A DNA stretch of 64,000 bases, from positions 7,042 to 71,041 of the forward strand of contig CAKPBI010000006.1 of assembly GCA_934140285.1 (NCBI GenBank). The letters run 5' to 3'. Made by a program: the position numbers and the translations under genes. The notes under the pieces were generated by a model. That model was not told the DNA's origin. It saw nothing but the letters and a program-made list of their open reading frames with translations, and searched no databases. Below are positions 38,663 through 48,766 of this stretch, piece by piece. The number at the start of each line of letters is the position of its first letter. Positions within the stretch are counted from its first letter, which is position 1. The stretch is from an uncultured Bacilli bacterium. Lineage in GTDB: Bacteria > Bacillota_I > Bacilli_A > ML615J-28 > CAG-313.

Positions 38663-39148
38663 ATGAAAAATCAAATTGAAAAAACCAATGCTATCAGAAT
38701 AATAGAACAAAAGAAACTAAATTATCAATTTCATAACTATGTAGGTACAAGTGCTATCTCAGGAGAAGACGTTGCAAAAGTCTTAAATCAAGATCCCAAC
38801 CACGTATTTAAAACTTTAGTTACTATTGGAAAATCAAATAATCATTATGTCTTTTTAGTTCCTGTTAATATGGAATTAGATTTAAAGAAAGCTGCAATAG
38901 CCGTAAATGAAAAAAACATTGAAATGATTAAATCAAAAGATTTACTTCCTCTCACAGGCTATATTCATGGTGGATGTTCACCAATAGGCATGAAAAAGCA
39001 ATTTACAACCATTATCGATGAATCAGCAATTCTTTACGATACTATCATGTTTAGTGGTGGCAAAATAGGCTATCAGGTAGAAATGTCCATCGATGAACTA
39101 AGTAAAGTAGTGGAGTTTAAACTTGCGGATATCACTAAAAATCGATAA
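38663..39148 (+). CDS. ybaK: Cys-tRNA(Pro)/Cys-tRNA(Cys) deacylase YbaK
   Basis: The 161-aa size and the motifs ...HVFKTLV...GYIHGGCSPIG... follow the YbaK/ProX pattern. Confidence 0.65.
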   Translation: MKNQIEKTNAIRIIEQKKLNYQFHNYVGTSAISGEDVAKVLNQDPNHVFKTLVTIGKSNNHYVFLVPVNMELDLKKAAIAVNEKNIEMIKSKDLLPLTGYIHGGCSPIGMKKQFTTIIDESAILYDTIMFSGGKIGYQVEMSIDELSKVVEFKLADITKNR

Positions 39149-39194
39149 AGTGCAATCGATATACTAAAATCGATAAAAAGGTATCGATTATATC
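39141..39194. repeat. four ATCGAT(A) palindromes phased at exactly 14 bp (39141, 39155, 39169, 39183) upstream of the adh promoter
   Basis: The units are atcgataaagtgca, atcgatatactaaa, atcgataaaaaggt and atcgattatatcaa. A consensus promoter (TTGACA 39238-39243, TATAAT 39261-39266) follows. Confidence 0.6.
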
Positions 39195-39294
39195 AAATAT
39201 GATATAATTATATAAAAACTTCATATATTTTAACCCTTTGACATTACATTTTACTTGCAGTATAATATTAATGTATCTAAAGGAGGTATTTGAA

Positions 39295-40512
39295 ATGTTT
39301 AGATTTACTTTACCTAGAGACCTTTATCATGGAAAAGGATCGCTAGAAGCACTTAAAACCCTAACAGGTAAAAAAGCCGTTATCTGTGTTGGTGGCGGAA
39401 GTATGAAAAAATTTGGTTTCTTAGACCGTGCTATCAATTATTTACAAGAAGCTGGTATGGAAGTAGCTGTTATTGATGGTATTGAACCAGACCCATCTGT
39501 TGAAACAGTTATGGCTGGAGCTCAAAAAATGCTTGAGTTTGGACCAGACTGGATCGTTGCAATCGGTGGAGGATCTCCAATCGATGCAGCAAAAGCTATG
39601 TGGATTAAATATGAATATCCTACAGTAACTTTTGAAGATATGTGTAAAGTATTTGGTTTACCAAAATTAAGAACAAAAGCTCATTTCTGTGCTGTTTCAT
39701 CTACATCTGGTACTGCAACAGAAGTTACTGCTTTTTCAATCATTACTGATTATAAGAAAGGTATTAAATACCCAATTGCAGACTTTGAAATTACACCTGA
39801 TGTTGCAATCGTTGATCCTGAACTTGCAGAAACAATGCCTAAGAAGTTAGTTGCCCATACTGGTATGGATGCAATAACTCATGCTATCGAAGCATATGTA
39901 TCCACTGCTCATTGTCATTATTCAGATCCACTATCTATTTTCGCAATCAAAATGATTCAAAAAGATTTAGTTTCATCTTACAATGGTGATATGGTTGCAC
40001 GTGATGCAATGCATGATGCACAATGCTTAGCTGGTATGTCATTCTCTAACGCTCTACTTGGTATCGTTCACTCAATGGCTCATAAGACCGGTGCTGCATT
40101 TGATGACTACGGAGCACACATTATTCATGGTGCAGCAAACGCAATGTATCTTCCAAAAGTAATTGCTTTCAATGCTAAAAACCCTGAAGCTTTAAAACGT
40201 TATGGCGAAATCGCAGATTATATGAATCTTGGTGGAAACACTGATGAAGAAAAAGTTCAACTTTTAATCAAAGCTTTAAGAAAAATGAATGATGATTTAA
40301 ATATTCCTCATTGTATTAAGAACTATGGCTTAGATAGTTATCCAACTGAAAATGGATTTGTTCCTGAAGAAGTATTCCTAGAAAGATTACCTGAAATTGC
40401 TAAAAACGCAATTGGCGATGCTTGCACAGGATCTAACCCTCGTATTCCAACACAAAAAGAAATGGAAGAACTTCTTAAGTGTTGCTATTACGATACAGAA
40501 GTTAATTTCTAA
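39295..40512 (+). CDS. iron-containing alcohol dehydrogenase (butanol/1,3-propanediol dehydrogenase family)
   Basis: GGGSPIDAAKA and the His-rich metal site motifs (HTGMDAITHAIEAY, HSMAHKTG) are present. A perfect promoter, the RBS AGGAGG and a terminator at 40518-40545 flank it. Confidence 0.85.
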   Translation: MFRFTLPRDLYHGKGSLEALKTLTGKKAVICVGGGSMKKFGFLDRAINYLQEAGMEVAVIDGIEPDPSVETVMAGAQKMLEFGPDWIVAIGGGSPIDAAKAMWIKYEYPTVTFEDMCKVFGLPKLRTKAHFCAVSSTSGTATEVTAFSIITDYKKGIKYPIADFEITPDVAIVDPELAETMPKKLVAHTGMDAITHAIEAYVSTAHCHYSDPLSIFAIKMIQKDLVSSYNGDMVARDAMHDAQCLAGMSFSNALLGIVHSMAHKTGAAFDDYGAHIIHGAANAMYLPKVIAFNAKNPEALKRYGEIADYMNLGGNTDEEKVQLLIKALRKMNDDLNIPHCIKNYGLDSYPTENGFVPEEVFLERLPEIAKNAIGDACTGSNPRIPTQKEMEELLKCCYYDTEVNF

Positions 40513-40560
40513 AAAAATGAGTCCCCTAAGGGACTCTTTTATAAAAAGGTAGGTAAAATA

Positions 40561-41088
40561 ATGAAACTAGAAGAAAAGAAAATATCCTCAGAAGAAATTT
40601 ATAAAGGCAAAATATTAAATTTATACAAAGATAAAGTTTTATGTCCAAATGGTAAAACATCATACCGTGAGGTAGTAAGACATTGTAAAGCCGTATGTAT
40701 TATTGCAGAACTTGATGGAAAGTATGCCATTGAAGAACAATATCGCTATCCATATGATGAGGTAATCCTTGAGTTTCCTGCTGGTAAAGTTGATAAGGAT
40801 GAAGACTTAACGACTGCGGCTATCCGTGAGTTGGAAGAAGAAATTGGATATCATGCGGAAACCATTGAATATTTAGGTGATATGTATCCAAGTTGTGCAT
40901 ATACTGACGAAATCATTTCTTTATATTTTGCGACTAACCTAGTTAAGACTCATCAATCACTTGATGAAAATGAAGCATTAAATTATAAGTTTATAACTCT
41001 AGAAGAAATAAAGGAACTAGTAGTTACTAATAAAATTAAAGACGCTAAAACACTTTGTGCTTTACAACTTTTCCTATTAAAAAAATAA
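40561..41088 (+). CDS. NUDIX hydrolase (ADP-ribose pyrophosphatase-like)
   Basis: The Nudix box is EFPAGKVDKDEDLTTAAIRELEEEIGY. Confidence 0.7.
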   Translation: MKLEEKKISSEEIYKGKILNLYKDKVLCPNGKTSYREVVRHCKAVCIIAELDGKYAIEEQYRYPYDEVILEFPAGKVDKDEDLTTAAIRELEEEIGYHAETIEYLGDMYPSCAYTDEIISLYFATNLVKTHQSLDENEALNYKFITLEEIKELVVTNKIKDAKTLCALQLFLLKK

Positions 41089-41116
41089 TGCCGGATTAAA
41101 ATCCGACATTTTTTCT

Positions 41117-42067
41117 TTATTTATTATATTTATAGAAACCTTCACCAGATGCCATACCAAGTTTTCCAGCATCAATATATTCTTTCAACATCTTTGCCAT
41201 ACCTTTAAAATTATAAGGAGCAAGGAATGAAGGAATCTTAACATACATTGAAACAATGTTATAGGCAGTTGTAAGACCTACGATATCAAGAATTTGGAAA
41301 GGTCCTTTAGGAGCACCTGTACCAAGTACCCATGCTTTATCGATACTTTCAGGATCAGAAATTCCATTTACGTATAAATCCATACCTGAGAAAAGAAGAG
41401 GAACAAGCATTGAATTTAATAAATATCCTGATTTTTCTTTTTTAACTGGAAGTGGAATCATACGGATTTGTTTTGCAAATTCCATGATTTCATCAAAATA
41501 CTTCATATTAGTTTTAGCTTGAGCCATAACTTCAGTCATATTGTTTTTCCAAATAGAGTTAGCGAAATGTAATGATAAATATTTGTCAGGTCTTCCAGTG
41601 TATTTAGCAAACTTAGATGGAAGAAGTGTAGATGAATTAGTTACAATAACAGTTTTAGCTGGTAAAACTAATGCTAACTTTTTATAAAAATTAACTTTTT
41701 CTTCTACATTTTCTGCCATTGATTCAATAATTAAATCAGCATCTTCAACTGCTTTTGCAAGATCTAATTCTAATTTAATAGAACTATATGCATTTTCAGA
41801 TTTCTTTAAACATTCTTCCATATTAAATGCTTCAAAATCAGCAATTCCTCTAGCCCAATTAGCAGGAGTTTGACCTTCCTTAGTTGCCATTAATTCAATA
41901 GTTTCCTTGTAAACTTTTCTTAAGTTATCAAGCTTAGGTTGAGTTCTGCCAATACTACCTTCGCTTCTTAGCCAGATAGTTACTTCAAAACCACAATATG
42001 CTGCTTGGTATGCGATTTGGCTTCCTAGTACGCCACCACCAGCAATAACAATCTTTTTATAATTCAT
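41117..42067 (-). CDS. 3-hydroxyacyl-CoA (3-hydroxybutyryl-CoA) dehydrogenase
   Basis: The Rossmann motif IAGGGVLGSQIAYQAA is N-terminal. The HCDH-family C-terminal domain is present. A hairpin at 41089-41115 is shared with the upstream + gene. Confidence 0.7.
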   Translation of the reverse strand: MNYKKIVIAGGGVLGSQIAYQAAYCGFEVTIWLRSEGSIGRTQPKLDNLRKVYKETIELMATKEGQTPANWARGIADFEAFNMEECLKKSENAYSSIKLELDLAKAVEDADLIIESMAENVEEKVNFYKKLALVLPAKTVIVTNSSTLLPSKFAKYTGRPDKYLSLHFANSIWKNNMTEVMAQAKTNMKYFDEIMEFAKQIRMIPLPVKKEKSGYLLNSMLVPLLFSGMDLYVNGISDPESIDKAWVLGTGAPKGPFQILDIVGLTTAYNIVSMYVKIPSFLAPYNFKGMAKMLKEYIDAGKLGMASGEGFYKYNK

Positions 42068-42105
42068 ATATTACCTCCTAAAATAATACTTTTACATTTT
42101 ATCAT

Positions 42106-42174
42106 ATCGATAAAAAAATATCAATATAAATACAATATAAATTGATAAAAATTTATCGATTTGTTTGTATCGAT
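42106..42174. repeat. ATCGAT palindromes (42106, 42155, 42169; the last two 14 bp apart) in the divergent hbd / lipoprotein-apbE-rnf promoter region
   Basis: This is the same motif and the same 14-bp phasing as at 39141-39188. The consensus promoter TTGACT(42291-42296)-17-TATAAT(42314-42319) drives the + operon. Confidence 0.5.
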
Positions 42175-42327
42175 TTAAAATATGGTAATTTTTACATGTT
42201 CAACCTAAAAAATGATTTAACGGAAATTTCCTATTATAAAAAATGAAATACATTATTCGATAAAATTATATCAAATTAATTATTAAATTCTTGACTTTAA
42301 AGATTAAATATGCTATAATTATACTGC

Positions 42328-43416
42328 TTGAAAAAAATAAGCTCTAAAATTCGTGAAAGGAAGACATTTATGAAAAAAATTTTTAGAATTATGGCTAGCT
42401 TACTTGTTGTTTTCACACTAGCATTTGCTGTAAGTTCATGCAAGAAAAAAGAAAACAAAGAAGCTACTTATAAATTAGGTATGGGTGTTGTTGTTAGTAC
42501 TGCATCAAGCAAAACTAACGCTCCTCAAGTTGATGCAACTGTATCTTCAGTTGTTTTAAAAGATGGTAAAATTGTTGCATGCCGTATCGATGCAGTTCAA
42601 AACAAAGCTACAATCGCTGATGGCGTTTACACAGTTAAAAATCTTGAAACAAAAATGGAATTAGGCGATCGCTATGGCATGGCTCCTGCAAAAATCGATA
42701 ACGATGGTAATGGCGTTACAAAAGAATGGTATGACCAAGTTAAAGCATTTGAAGCATATGTTGTTGGTATGACTGCTGATGAAGTTAAGAACATGAAGAC
42801 TCAAGAAAAGAATGGTCACGTTATTTCTGCTGATCAAAAATTACTTGATGCTGGTTGTTCAATTCAAATTACTGATTTCATCGCTGCTACAGTTAAAGCT
42901 TGTAACGATGAACAAGGTCAAGAGTTTAAGACTGCTAAAGAATTTACACTTGGTGTTGCTGCTACATCTCATGTAGATGCTTCAAGTAAAAATGCTACTG
43001 CAGAAGCTGATGGCGCTATCAATATGTATTCTGATTTCGCTGCTACAGTTGTTGCTGAAGGCAAAATTCTTGCTTGCTTAAATGATGCAATTCAACCTAA
43101 ATTTGCATTCACTTTTGAAGGTGAACTTACTCCTTCTTTCCAAGACACTAAACGTTGCCTAAAAGAAAAATATGGTATGGCTCCTGTAAAAATCGATAAC
43201 GATGGTAATGGTGTTACAAAAGAATGGTTCGAACAATCTGCTGCATTCTCTGCATACGTTGTTGGTATGACTGCTGACGAAGTTAAGAATATGAAGACTC
43301 AAGAAAAGAATGGTCACGTTATTTCTGCTGATAAAGGCTTACTTGATGCTGGCTGCTCAATTCAAATTACTGACATCAAAGCAGTAGTTGCAAAAGCTGT
43401 TGCTAATGCTAGATAA
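42328..43416 (+). CDS. lipoprotein with two tandem ~125-aa FMN_bind-like domains (PplA-like), canonical flavinylation motif not evident
   Basis: The lipobox is AVSSC. Two internal repeats each contain GMAP(A/V)KIDNDGNGVTKEW and YVVGMTADEVKNMKTQEKNGHVISAD..LLDAGCSIQITD. The repeat ends align to the FMN_bind C-terminus (VDAVSGATVTS) but lack SGAT. Confidence 0.4.
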   Translation: MKKISSKIRERKTFMKKIFRIMASLLVVFTLAFAVSSCKKKENKEATYKLGMGVVVSTASSKTNAPQVDATVSSVVLKDGKIVACRIDAVQNKATIADGVYTVKNLETKMELGDRYGMAPAKIDNDGNGVTKEWYDQVKAFEAYVVGMTADEVKNMKTQEKNGHVISADQKLLDAGCSIQITDFIAATVKACNDEQGQEFKTAKEFTLGVAATSHVDASSKNATAEADGAINMYSDFAATVVAEGKILACLNDAIQPKFAFTFEGELTPSFQDTKRCLKEKYGMAPVKIDNDGNGVTKEWFEQSAAFSAYVVGMTADEVKNMKTQEKNGHVISADKGLLDAGCSIQITDIKAVVAKAVANAR

Positions 43417-43438
43417 TTAAATTATAAGGATTTTACAG

Positions 43439-44530
43439 ATGAATATGAATTTGACGAAGTTCAAAAGAATATTCTGTCTGGGCTTAATTTTAGGGCAACT
43501 TATCTTAATGTTGGGTTGCTCTAATTTTTTTCATAGACACGAAAAACCAAATGATAAAGTTTGGAATATAACATACTTTCAATATTTTGATACAGTGAGC
43601 AATATTTATAGCTATGCAGGAGACACGGAAGAAGAATTTTCCAAAAACTGTGATCTTGTATCAACTGAGTTACAAACTTATCACCAACTTTTTGATATTT
43701 ATCACGAGTATTCAGGTATTGTTAATCTTTGTACGATAAACAAGAACGCTGGTGGTGAACCTCAAAAGGTCGATGATCGCTTGATCAAATTTTTGAAATA
43801 TACAAAAGAATTATATGCTTTAACAAATGGAAAAATGAATGTCATGCTTGGAGCTGTCTTAAGACCTTGGCATGATGCAAGAACTAATGCATCAGATGAT
43901 CCACAAAATGCTAAAATTCCGACAATGGAAGTCTTAGAAGAAGCAGCTAAACATATTGATATTAACTTACTAGATATTGATGAAGCAAATAAAACTGTAA
44001 GAATTAAAGATCCAAAAGCATCAATTGATGTTGGTGCAGTTGGTAAGGGGTATGCGACTGAACAAGCCGCAAAAGTACTAGAACAAAAGGGATGCAAAAG
44101 TTATGTTCTTAATATTGGTGGAAACATCAGAATTGTAGGAACAAAATCAAACGGGGATGGTTGGACAACAGGAATCAAAGATCCAAATAATCCATATGGT
44201 GGATATGTAATGTACTTAAAAATTGCTGATACATCATGTGTTACATCAGGAGTTTATGAAAGATACTTTATGGTTAATGGGGTTAGATATCATCATATAA
44301 TTGATGAAAAAACATTAATGCCTGCTAATTATTTTATTTCTTTAACAGTTATTACAAAAGATAGTGGACTTGCAGATGCCTTATCTACAGCTCTATTTTG
44401 TATGACATATGAAGAAGGATTAGCTCTTGTAAATACGTTAGAAAACGTTGATGTTTTATGGATTTATAGTGATGGAACTCAAAAATATACTAAAGGAATA
44501 GTTCCTATTGATCCAAATAAAAATAAATAG
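43439..44530 (+). CDS. apbE: FAD:protein FMN transferase (ApbE family), lipoprotein
   Basis: The lipobox is LGC. DVGAVGKGYATEQAAKVL and the C-terminal motifs are ApbE signatures. Confidence 0.8.
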   Translation: MNMNLTKFKRIFCLGLILGQLILMLGCSNFFHRHEKPNDKVWNITYFQYFDTVSNIYSYAGDTEEEFSKNCDLVSTELQTYHQLFDIYHEYSGIVNLCTINKNAGGEPQKVDDRLIKFLKYTKELYALTNGKMNVMLGAVLRPWHDARTNASDDPQNAKIPTMEVLEEAAKHIDINLLDIDEANKTVRIKDPKASIDVGAVGKGYATEQAAKVLEQKGCKSYVLNIGGNIRIVGTKSNGDGWTTGIKDPNNPYGGYVMYLKIADTSCVTSGVYERYFMVNGVRYHHIIDEKTLMPANYFISLTVITKDSGLADALSTALFCMTYEEGLALVNTLENVDVLWIYSDGTQKYTKGIVPIDPNKNK

Positions 44531-44554
44531 TTAAATAAATTTTAGGAGGAAATA

Positions 44555-45916
44555 ATGGCTATTAGAAAAAATATTTCTTCATTACATTTACCACATAATA
44601 AGCATACTGCAGAATGTGAGCCAATTCGTATTCCAGTTCCTAGTGAAGTAATCCTTCCTATGGATATGCAATCTGGCGGAAATGCAGTACCTATCGTAAA
44701 TGTTGGAGATCATGTTTATGTAGGACAACTTATTGCAAGAGAAGATGGAAGATTCTCTTCTCCTGTACATGCTTCTGTTTCAGGTACAGTTACAGAAATT
44801 TCTTCACTTGAACGTGCTGGTGGAAAATCAGTACAAGCAATCCACATTGCAAGTGATGGCTTAATGGAAAAAGATCCAAATCTTAAAGTACCAGTTATTA
44901 ATTCAGCAGATGAATTCTTACAAGCAGTTCGTGAAAGCGGATGTGTAGGACTTGGTGGTGCTGCCTTCCCAACATGGGCTAAACTAAATGAACTTCGTAA
45001 TGGTGAATATACTGTTGATACAGTACTTGTAAATGCAGCTGAATGTGAACCATACATTACAAGTGACCATCGTATGATGCTAAGTCATCCTGATTTAATC
45101 GATAAAGGTATTGAATATTTAAGAACATACTTAAGTGAATATTTAAGTAATGCTAAATTCATGATTTGCATTGAAAAAAATAAACCAGATGCAATCGAAT
45201 TATTAAAAGAAACTTTCGCAAGCAAAGACTATGTTGAAGTTTATGAACTTGATCCAGTGTATCCACAAGGTGCAAAACAAGTTATGTTATATAATGCAAC
45301 TGGTCGTGTATCAATTGCTGGAAAGAGATTCCCTTATTTCCATGCTATAATCATTAACGTTTCTTCACTAGCAAAAATGGCAGAATACCTATCAACTGGT
45401 ATGCCACTTGTTGAACGTATTGTAACAGTTGATGGCCCTGCAGTACTAGAACCTAAAAACTTAATTGCTCCAATTGGAACAAGAATTAGTTATTTACTAG
45501 ATCAAACTGGTCTTTCTACTGAACCAGGTAAAATTGTAATTGGCGGTCCGATGAATGGTCATGCTGTATTATCAATTGATGATCCAATTGTAAAAGTATC
45601 TAACTGCGTTCTTGCATTTGATGAAAAACATAGTGTTTTACCTGATCCTACAGCTTGTATCCACTGTGGACGTTGTATTGATAAATGTCCTATCAATATT
45701 AATGTTCCTGCAGTAGATGTTGCCTTAAGAGAAGAGAATGAAGATGTACGTGCTGAAAAGTTAATCGCAACTGGTGTTCGTCAATGTGTTGACTGTGCAA
45801 GCTGTGCATATGTATGCCCTGCTCATCGTCATTTACTTGCAAGCAACCAAAAAGCTAAGAAATTCTTAAAAAACTATGAATATGAAAAAGCACATCAAGA
45901 AGGAGGAAACAAATAA
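44555..45916 (+). CDS. rnfC: Rnf electron transport complex subunit C
   Basis: It has two 4Fe-4S clusters, CIHCGRCIDKCP and CVDCASCAYVCP, and an NADH-binding GLGGAAFP motif. Confidence 0.85.
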   Translation: MAIRKNISSLHLPHNKHTAECEPIRIPVPSEVILPMDMQSGGNAVPIVNVGDHVYVGQLIAREDGRFSSPVHASVSGTVTEISSLERAGGKSVQAIHIASDGLMEKDPNLKVPVINSADEFLQAVRESGCVGLGGAAFPTWAKLNELRNGEYTVDTVLVNAAECEPYITSDHRMMLSHPDLIDKGIEYLRTYLSEYLSNAKFMICIEKNKPDAIELLKETFASKDYVEVYELDPVYPQGAKQVMLYNATGRVSIAGKRFPYFHAIIINVSSLAKMAEYLSTGMPLVERIVTVDGPAVLEPKNLIAPIGTRISYLLDQTGLSTEPGKIVIGGPMNGHAVLSIDDPIVKVSNCVLAFDEKHSVLPDPTACIHCGRCIDKCPININVPAVDVALREENEDVRAEKLIATGVRQCVDCASCAYVCPAHRHLLASNQKAKKFLKNYEYEKAHQEGGNK

Positions 45917-46887
45917 TGAATGATCTTAACGTTTCTGCTGCACCACACATTAATAGTGGTGTGTCAACTAGAAATATTATGCTAGATGTAATTATTGCTT
46001 TAATTCCTGCTTCAATTATGGGTATTATTTACTTTGGATGGAAAGCATTATTAATCATAGCATCATGTGTAGGAACAGCTGTTCTTGCAGAATTCTTATT
46101 TAATCTAATTACAAGAAGAAAACAAACAATCAGTGATTTAAGTGCTGTAGTTACAGGTTTAATTCTTGCGTTAAACTTAAGTGTTAATGTTGGTTTATTT
46201 GAATGTATTATTGGTTCTTTATTCGCAATAATCATTGTTAAATGTTTATTTGGTGGAATTGGTAAAAACATTGCTAACCCAGCAATCGCTGCTCGTGTAT
46301 TTATGCTATTAACATTTGGTTCTGTTGCTTTAGCTCCACATCTTGCAAATAACGCAATAACAAAAGGAATTGCTAATGCTCTTGATGTTGAACTAACTGC
46401 AGGTGCAACACCACTATCTTTCTTAAATAATGGTGCTGGTACTGAAGGTACTCCATCTTTACTTACTTTATTAGTAGGTCTTCATGGTGGTACAATTGGT
46501 GAAACTTGTGCAATAGCATTACTTATTGGATTTATCTATTTAATGGTTAGAAAAGTAATCAAATGGTACATTCCTGTAACATTTGTAGCAACTGTATTTG
46601 TTTTATACTTATTAACTTCTAAATTCAATGCAGCATATGCATTATCACATGTACTTGCTGGTGGCTTACTATTTGGTGCAATCTTTATGGCAACTGATTA
46701 TGTAACTAGTCCAATCAGCAATCTAGGTAAAGTTATTTTTGGTGTTGGTTGTGGTTTAATTACTTTCTTAATTAGAAAGTATGGAGCATTCCCAGAAGGT
46801 GTATCAATTTCAATTTTATGTATGAATTTACTTGTACCTCTAATTGAAAAAATCACTACTCCAAAAACACTTGGTGGAATTAGATAA
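45916..46887 (+). CDS. rnfD: Rnf complex subunit D
   Basis: It is a polytopic membrane protein. The NqrB/RnfD family motif region around SGVST...GG is present. It lies in the rnf gene order. Confidence 0.8.
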   Translation: MNDLNVSAAPHINSGVSTRNIMLDVIIALIPASIMGIIYFGWKALLIIASCVGTAVLAEFLFNLITRRKQTISDLSAVVTGLILALNLSVNVGLFECIIGSLFAIIIVKCLFGGIGKNIANPAIAARVFMLLTFGSVALAPHLANNAITKGIANALDVELTAGATPLSFLNNGAGTEGTPSLLTLLVGLHGGTIGETCAIALLIGFIYLMVRKVIKWYIPVTFVATVFVLYLLTSKFNAAYALSHVLAGGLLFGAIFMATDYVTSPISNLGKVIFGVGCGLITFLIRKYGAFPEGVSISILCMNLLVPLIEKITTPKTLGGIR

Positions 46888-46905
46888 GGAATAGGAGGAA
46901 AAAAT

Positions 46906-48168
46906 ATGAAAAAAGAAAATTTACTTACAGCATTATTTATTACTCTTATTGTCATAGTATTTGGTGCCTTAGCATTTGCGTTAAACCTTGTCACTGGCCC
47001 AATTATTGAAAAAAATAAACAACAAGGTGAACTTTCATCTTTGAAAGAAGTTATGCCTGATGCAGAAAACTTTGAATTATTAGAATCACTAAAAGATGTT
47101 CCTTCAACAGTTACTGCTATTTATAAAGAAACATCTGGTAAAGGTTATGTACTTCGTTTCTCAACTACATCTATGTATTCCGAATCTCCACTCGTATTTA
47201 CTCTTGGTGTAACAACTGATGGTAAAATCTCAGGTGTAAAGGTAAATGAATATCATGAATCACTTGATTTTAAAGATTATCCACTTACATTTATTGGAAA
47301 AGATTCAGCATTAACTGGTGTAACCATTCATGCTGGTGTAACATTCTCATCAACTGCATTTAAAAACGCAGTAGAAGAAGGTCTAAAATGCCTAATTGAT
47401 AATGACCTTATCAAAGAAGGGGTTAAGACTGATGATCAAATTTTACTTGAATTAATTCCAACTGTTCATGGTGGAATGATAAGTGCGGGTAACTTAAGAG
47501 CTGAAGAAATTGAAGCAAGTGGAAATATTGTTAAAGGCTATAAAGCATTAAGCGATGCAGGTTATGCTTTCATTATGAAAGAAGCTGACAAGATGTATTT
47601 AGTAATATTTAATAATCTTGGTACACATGCCATTTATGATACTGAAGGTAACGATGTAACTGCTGATCATGAAACTCTTGCAACTGAAGCAAGTGCTAAA
47701 GTTACAATAAATAATAGTGTTGATAAACTTATTAAGAAAGTTGAAAGAATTGAAGGAGCAACAGATATTAAGAAAATTAATATTGAAATATACAATACTG
47801 TTGTTGCAGCTGTAAGCTTTAACGTAGACGGTAAAGTTCATTACGGATTCTATACAAGAAACTATGGATATCGTAACAATGTTATGGAAATCTTTGTAAT
47901 TCTTGATGAAAATGGAGCTATCGTTAGCACATCTGCTACTGAATGCTTCTTTGATATTGAATACTATAATGGTGTTGATCCTAACTTTACTGAAAAAAAT
48001 TATTACAATGGTTTAGTGGGATTAAAGGATAGTACATTTGATGGATCACAAACTATAATCGGTGGTGCAACATTAACATCAAATGGATTTAAAGAATCAT
48101 TAAATGATGCATTTAAAGCATTTAAAACTATATCTTCAAACGTAGTGGAGGGAACTGAAAATGAATAA
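46906..48168 (+). CDS. rnfG: Rnf complex subunit G, double-length with two FMN-binding domains
   Basis: It has an N-terminal TM segment. The first domain ends HAGVTFSSTAFKNAV and the second IGGATLTSNGFKESLNDAFKAF, which is a canonical SGAT-type flavinylation site. At 420 aa it is about twice the typical 200 aa. Confidence 0.7.
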   Translation: MKKENLLTALFITLIVIVFGALAFALNLVTGPIIEKNKQQGELSSLKEVMPDAENFELLESLKDVPSTVTAIYKETSGKGYVLRFSTTSMYSESPLVFTLGVTTDGKISGVKVNEYHESLDFKDYPLTFIGKDSALTGVTIHAGVTFSSTAFKNAVEEGLKCLIDNDLIKEGVKTDDQILLELIPTVHGGMISAGNLRAEEIEASGNIVKGYKALSDAGYAFIMKEADKMYLVIFNNLGTHAIYDTEGNDVTADHETLATEASAKVTINNSVDKLIKKVERIEGATDIKKINIEIYNTVVAAVSFNVDGKVHYGFYTRNYGYRNNVMEIFVILDENGAIVSTSATECFFDIEYYNGVDPNFTEKNYYNGLVGLKDSTFDGSQTIIGGATLTSNGFKESLNDAFKAFKTISSNVVEGTENE

Positions 48169-48766
48169 ACTTAAAAAATTACTTTTAAGAGGTACACCTT
48201 CATTCTTACTACCACTTGGTGCTGGATTTGTAATGGCGTCTAGTGGTGATGTACGTGCTGCACTTGGAATGGGTGTCGCTGTTACTGTCATTTTAGTATT
48301 AAGCTCAATCTTAATCTGTGCATTAAAGAAAGTAATTCCTGCAAAAGGTAAAGTACCTGTATATATTTTAATAGTTACTGGTTTTACTACTCTTGTTTGT
48401 ATGTTAATGCAAGCTTTCGTTCCAACTGTTGTTGATATGTTAGGTGTTCATCTTGCATGCCTTGCAGTAAGCGCTGTAAATTTCCGTGAAGCAGATGAAA
48501 TCGCAAGTGTTGAAGGAGAAGGAAAATCAATTCTTTCGGCTTTAATTACTGGTGCATTCTTCCTTGTAATTATGTGTGTGTGTGCATGCTTCCGTGAAAT
48601 TCTTGGTAATGCAACATTCTTTGGAAAAGAACTTAAATTCCTTGCTAATTATAAAATTAGCACTCTTGTTGGAACTCTAGGCGGATATATTGTTCTTGCA
48701 ATTATCCTTGCTGTTATTCGCCATATTGGTGAAAAAATTGAAACTAAAGAGGAGGTAAATGAATAA
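48161..48766 (+). CDS. rnfE: Rnf complex subunit E
   Basis: LGAGFVMASSGDVRAALGMGVAVTVILV matches the RnfE/NqrD family. Its position after rnfG fits. Confidence 0.8.
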   Translation: MNKLKKLLLRGTPSFLLPLGAGFVMASSGDVRAALGMGVAVTVILVLSSILICALKKVIPAKGKVPVYILIVTGFTTLVCMLMQAFVPTVVDMLGVHLACLAVSAVNFREADEIASVEGEGKSILSALITGAFFLVIMCVCACFREILGNATFFGKELKFLANYKISTLVGTLGGYIVLAIILAVIRHIGEKIETKEEVNE

